NCBI RefSeq assembly: GCF_028641065.1
Contig: NC_073411.1
Location: 13,330,001-13,394,000 of the forward strand
DNA length: 64,000 nt
Origin: Leucoraja erinacea
Lineage: Eukaryota
Direction: 5' to 3'
This document shows, one piece after another, positions 60,291 to 64,000 of this stretch. The notes under the pieces are model-generated. The model saw only the letters and a program-made list of their open reading frames with translations, did no database searches and had not been told where the DNA came from. The position numbers and the translations under genes are program-made. The number at the start of each line of letters is the position of its first letter. The first letter of the stretch is position 1.

Positions 60291-63200
60291 CTGACCCCCT
60301 CTTCCCCCTCACCACCCCATCAACCTCATCAACCTCAAGGGATTACCCAATCTTTCCTCCCCACCCACCCACTAGTTTGTCCACTACTTTCACTCTTCAA
60401 AATATTTTTTGCTACGGTGTATGCTACTGTGATAGTATTTAAAATGTTTACCATGTCTACCATTTTTTCTGGATAATTAATTCCCCTTGTGTCAACTTTA
60501 AAGGGACTGCTATTTACTTTTTTCTATCTCTGAATGGAAAAGTACACCCAATGTTCTTGTCTCCCTTGTTCATATTCTATTTTCCGTCTTTATAATTATT
60601 TTCAATTATCCATTGAAGTTTTTCAAATATCCACTGTTCTCAAACTCCACGATTCCTAGGAGGTTCATAATACGCCTCTTATTTCAGTGTTATCCTCACC
60701 ACAGCAGTAGAAAATGAAGATTTGGTTAATTGTCATCTAGTAGTAAAAATTGTGCCAGAATGAAGATGAGCTTGGGTATATGAAGCTTCTGGACTGATGT
60801 AACAGCCCAGCTATTTTGTTAATATTCTTAAGTAAAGTAATCTTGCCTTTATCCAGGTCCAACTGAATGTGACAATTAGGGAAAAAGAATGTTAAAAGCC
60901 TTTTGGTTGTGAAAAATAACACTGCAAGAGGATAACGGGTAGTTGCGCCAAGCCTGGTCAGTAACAGGGAATGAAGAATTGATATGGTCAATAATATTTA
61001 GCAGATGGAGAAGCACTTGTAATCCTTCTCAATATTATCGGTTGATCATGCTGAGCTAGCAACTTGCACTTTATGCAACACAACCATTTCCAGGCCTTTG
61101 TTTATATACCTTTTTTTGTTCAGTCCTTCCAGTAGAGTGTTTCTTGGGGATGTAATCATTGGTGTCACCTGATGCATAATAAAACACCAGTCAGGCCACA
61201 GTTGGAATACTGTTAGCAGTTTTGGGCCTCATATCCGAGGAAGAATGTGCCGGCATTGGAAAGGGTCCAGAGGAGGTTTATGAGAATGATCCCAGGGATG
61301 ATTGGGTTAATAACATATGAGAAGCGTTTAAAGGCTATAGGCCTGTATTCACTGGAGTTTAGACGGATGAGGGAAGATCTTTACTGAATAGCAAAAGGCC
61401 TAGATAAAGTAGACATGGAGAGGATGTTTCCAGCAATGTCTAGAAACCAGAGGGCATACCCTCAGAAGAAAATAATGTACCTTTAGTCAAAGGATGTCAA
61501 ATTTGTGGAATTCATTGCAATGGAGGCCAAGTCAGTGGGTATTTTTAAAGCGGATTGGTTAGTAAGGGTGTCAAAGGTTATGGGGAGGTGTCAGGAGAAT
61601 GTGGTTAAGAGGGAAAGTTAGGTCAGTCGTGGTTTAATATAGCGGAGTACACTTGATGGGCTGAATAGCCTAATTCTGCTCCTATGACACGAATAGAATG
61701 AAAATGAAGAGGAATGTCTTTAGCCAGAGAGTAGTGAATCTATGGAATTCATTGTCACAGCTGTCAAGGCCAAGGCATCGGGTATTTTTAAAGCGGTGAT
61801 TGATAGGTTCTTGATTAGTACGGGCATGAAAAGTTACTGGGGAAAGGCAGGAGAATGGGGATGAAAGGGAGAGATAGATCAGCCATGATGGACTGACGGA
61901 GCAGACTCGATGGGCCAAATGGCCTCATCTGCTCCTATGTCTTATGGATCTTAGTCTGAATTTGTGATTTCAAAGACTGAAATGTGTGACAAGCCTACTT
62001 TTAATTTACATTCCTTTAATCATATTTAATTTAAACGTTTAATTAACCCCTTGGCATCCAAACGGTGTTTTGCTGTCACTGACTCGATGTTCTGCCTCTG
62101 GTGTACAATTAACATTACTTGCAGCCTTCTGATTGGAGCTACCATATGTACTTCTGTTGGATGTTCATGCCTCATCGTCCCATTTGTGGAGAATTCAGCA
62201 CGGAAACAAGCCCTTTGGCCCAATTTGTCCACGAGGATCAAGTTGCCCCCCATTATCCCACGTTTGGCCTATATCCCCCTACACTTCAGATAGACACAAA
62301 AATGCTGGAGAAACTCAGCGGGTGAGGCAGCATCTATGGAGAAAAGGAATAGGTTACATTTTGGGTCGAGACCTTTCTTCAGACTGAAAGCTGGAGTAAC
62401 TCAGCGGGTCAGTCAGCATCTCTGGAGAAAAGGAATAGGTTACGTTTCAGGTCAAGACCAACACCTTTCTGATCCATGTAGGATTTGAGAGTTAGATAGA
62501 GCTCTAGGGCCTAGTGGAGTTAAGGGATATGGGGAGAAGGCAGGCACGGGTTATTGATAGGGGACGATCAGCCATGATCACAATGAATGGCGGTGCTGGC
62601 TCGAAGGGCTGATGGCCCCCTCCTGCACCTATTTTTCTATGTTTCTAGATGTTTGGACCAGTCTGACCTTCCCACTTGGTTCTGCTGTTTCCTACCGCAT
62701 TTTGTATTATTGCATCTACTCCATTGATGAACAAACTTCACATACATTTTCAACTTTAATGTCATCGCACAAATACAAGTACATTTGACAGCTGCATTCC
62801 CCCCCCCCCCCCCCCCCCCCCCCCCTCCCCTTGGTACATGTCTAAATTTGGAGGGCTGTCCAACGGAGAAACAGCAGGCTGACTCGTTAGTATTTGCAGC
62901 TTCACATATCACAGATAAAATGTCAGGCTCTTCAGCCGCAATCCATTACTAAGTCTTATCTCACTTGCCTCTGGCCCACTGGAGATAATAGTACTACGGA
63001 ATACAGGGAGGAAGGAGTGGGCTTTTCAATATTGACTTTGAATCTCGTGGAGTCATCATTTCACACACGGGCTAAAACTGCCTTGTGCCATCTTCCACCA
63101 GCTGATATTTGCTGCTCTTCCAAAATTGGAAGAACCACTGAAATTTAAAAGTCCCCAAAAAATGTTGGTGGGAGACTTTAATGTCCACTAATTCTGTCCT

Positions 63201-64000
63201 GCCAGCACAGATTAAACTGAATGCTGAAGGACATAGCTTCCAGGATGTGTCTCCATGTGTTGAATGAACCAACACCTGAAATAAACCTTGACCATGTGCA
63301 TAGCAGTTGCAGGTATAACTACGTGTGGCTGTGTTGGTGCAGGTAGATGGAGGCATAGCTGCAGGTACAACTAGGTGTTGATGCAGGTATATGGCTACAT
63401 AGTGCCAGGTATAGCTAGGTGTTGGTGCAGGTATATGGCTGCATAGATGCAGGTATAACTCGGTGGTGGTGCAAGCAGACACGAAGTGCTGGGGTAACTC
63501 AGCGGGTCAGGCAGCATCTCTGAAGAAAAAGAGGAGACGTTTTGGGTTGGGACCCTATATGTCTGTGTTGGTGCAGGTATATGGCTGCATAGATGCAGGT
63601 ATAACTAGTTATGACTGCATTGGTGTGGAGTGATTATTATGTTGTCCTAGTGGGAACAAAATTCAATGTTCTCTCCCGGGCATCCTCTAGCATGTTACGG
63701 TGAATCACCATTTGGTAGATATGATCGACTCAGTGGATTGAACAGGACCATTTCTGCTGATGGGCACCAAGTTGTTGTGGTCCATTGCGATGTGTAACGC
63801 CCAGATCCAGTATATCTCTCGCCATTCCCTCGCATTCAAGCGGGATACTAATTGACATTTAATAAAGTGTAGCGGAGCTAGCCAGGAGTGGTGGCAGCTG
63901 TAACATGCCAAACACCAGCATGCAATACGGAGTGACGTGATCTCCCAACCACTCACTGCTCTGCTATTAAAGCAAAGCAAACCTATTTATCTCTCGGTGG

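Overview
This is eukaryotic, repeat-dense vertebrate genomic DNA. The CR1-like LINE, tRNA-derived SINE and Penelope-like repeat set suggests a cartilaginous fish such as a skate or ray (inference). There are five N-gaps, and most entries in the ORF track are repeat or low-complexity noise. Four loci were reconstructed by hand from GT-AG exons: (1) a 4-exon, 250-aa short-prodomain caspase (+, 4337-8518) with intact SHG/QACRG but Leu in place of the S1-pocket Arg341, possibly caspase-17-like, whose stop codon lies in an antisense LINE tail; (2) TGOLN2 (-, 17362 to at least 13620) with a 5-aa repeat luminal domain; (3) a compact, diverged 12-exon TCF7L1 (+, 27692-43331) with an apparent 1-nt frameshift in a G run of exon 1; (4) three homologous 24-nt UBE2D-type first coding exons (MAHRRINK, MAKRRILK, MALRRIQK at 49057, 52432 and 59388). 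Each of the three has its own CpG-rich promoter and I found no E2 body exons between them, which makes this a candidate variable-first-exon system for an E2 enzyme. Penelope-derived repeats also scatter minimal hammerhead-ribozyme-like motifs across the window.
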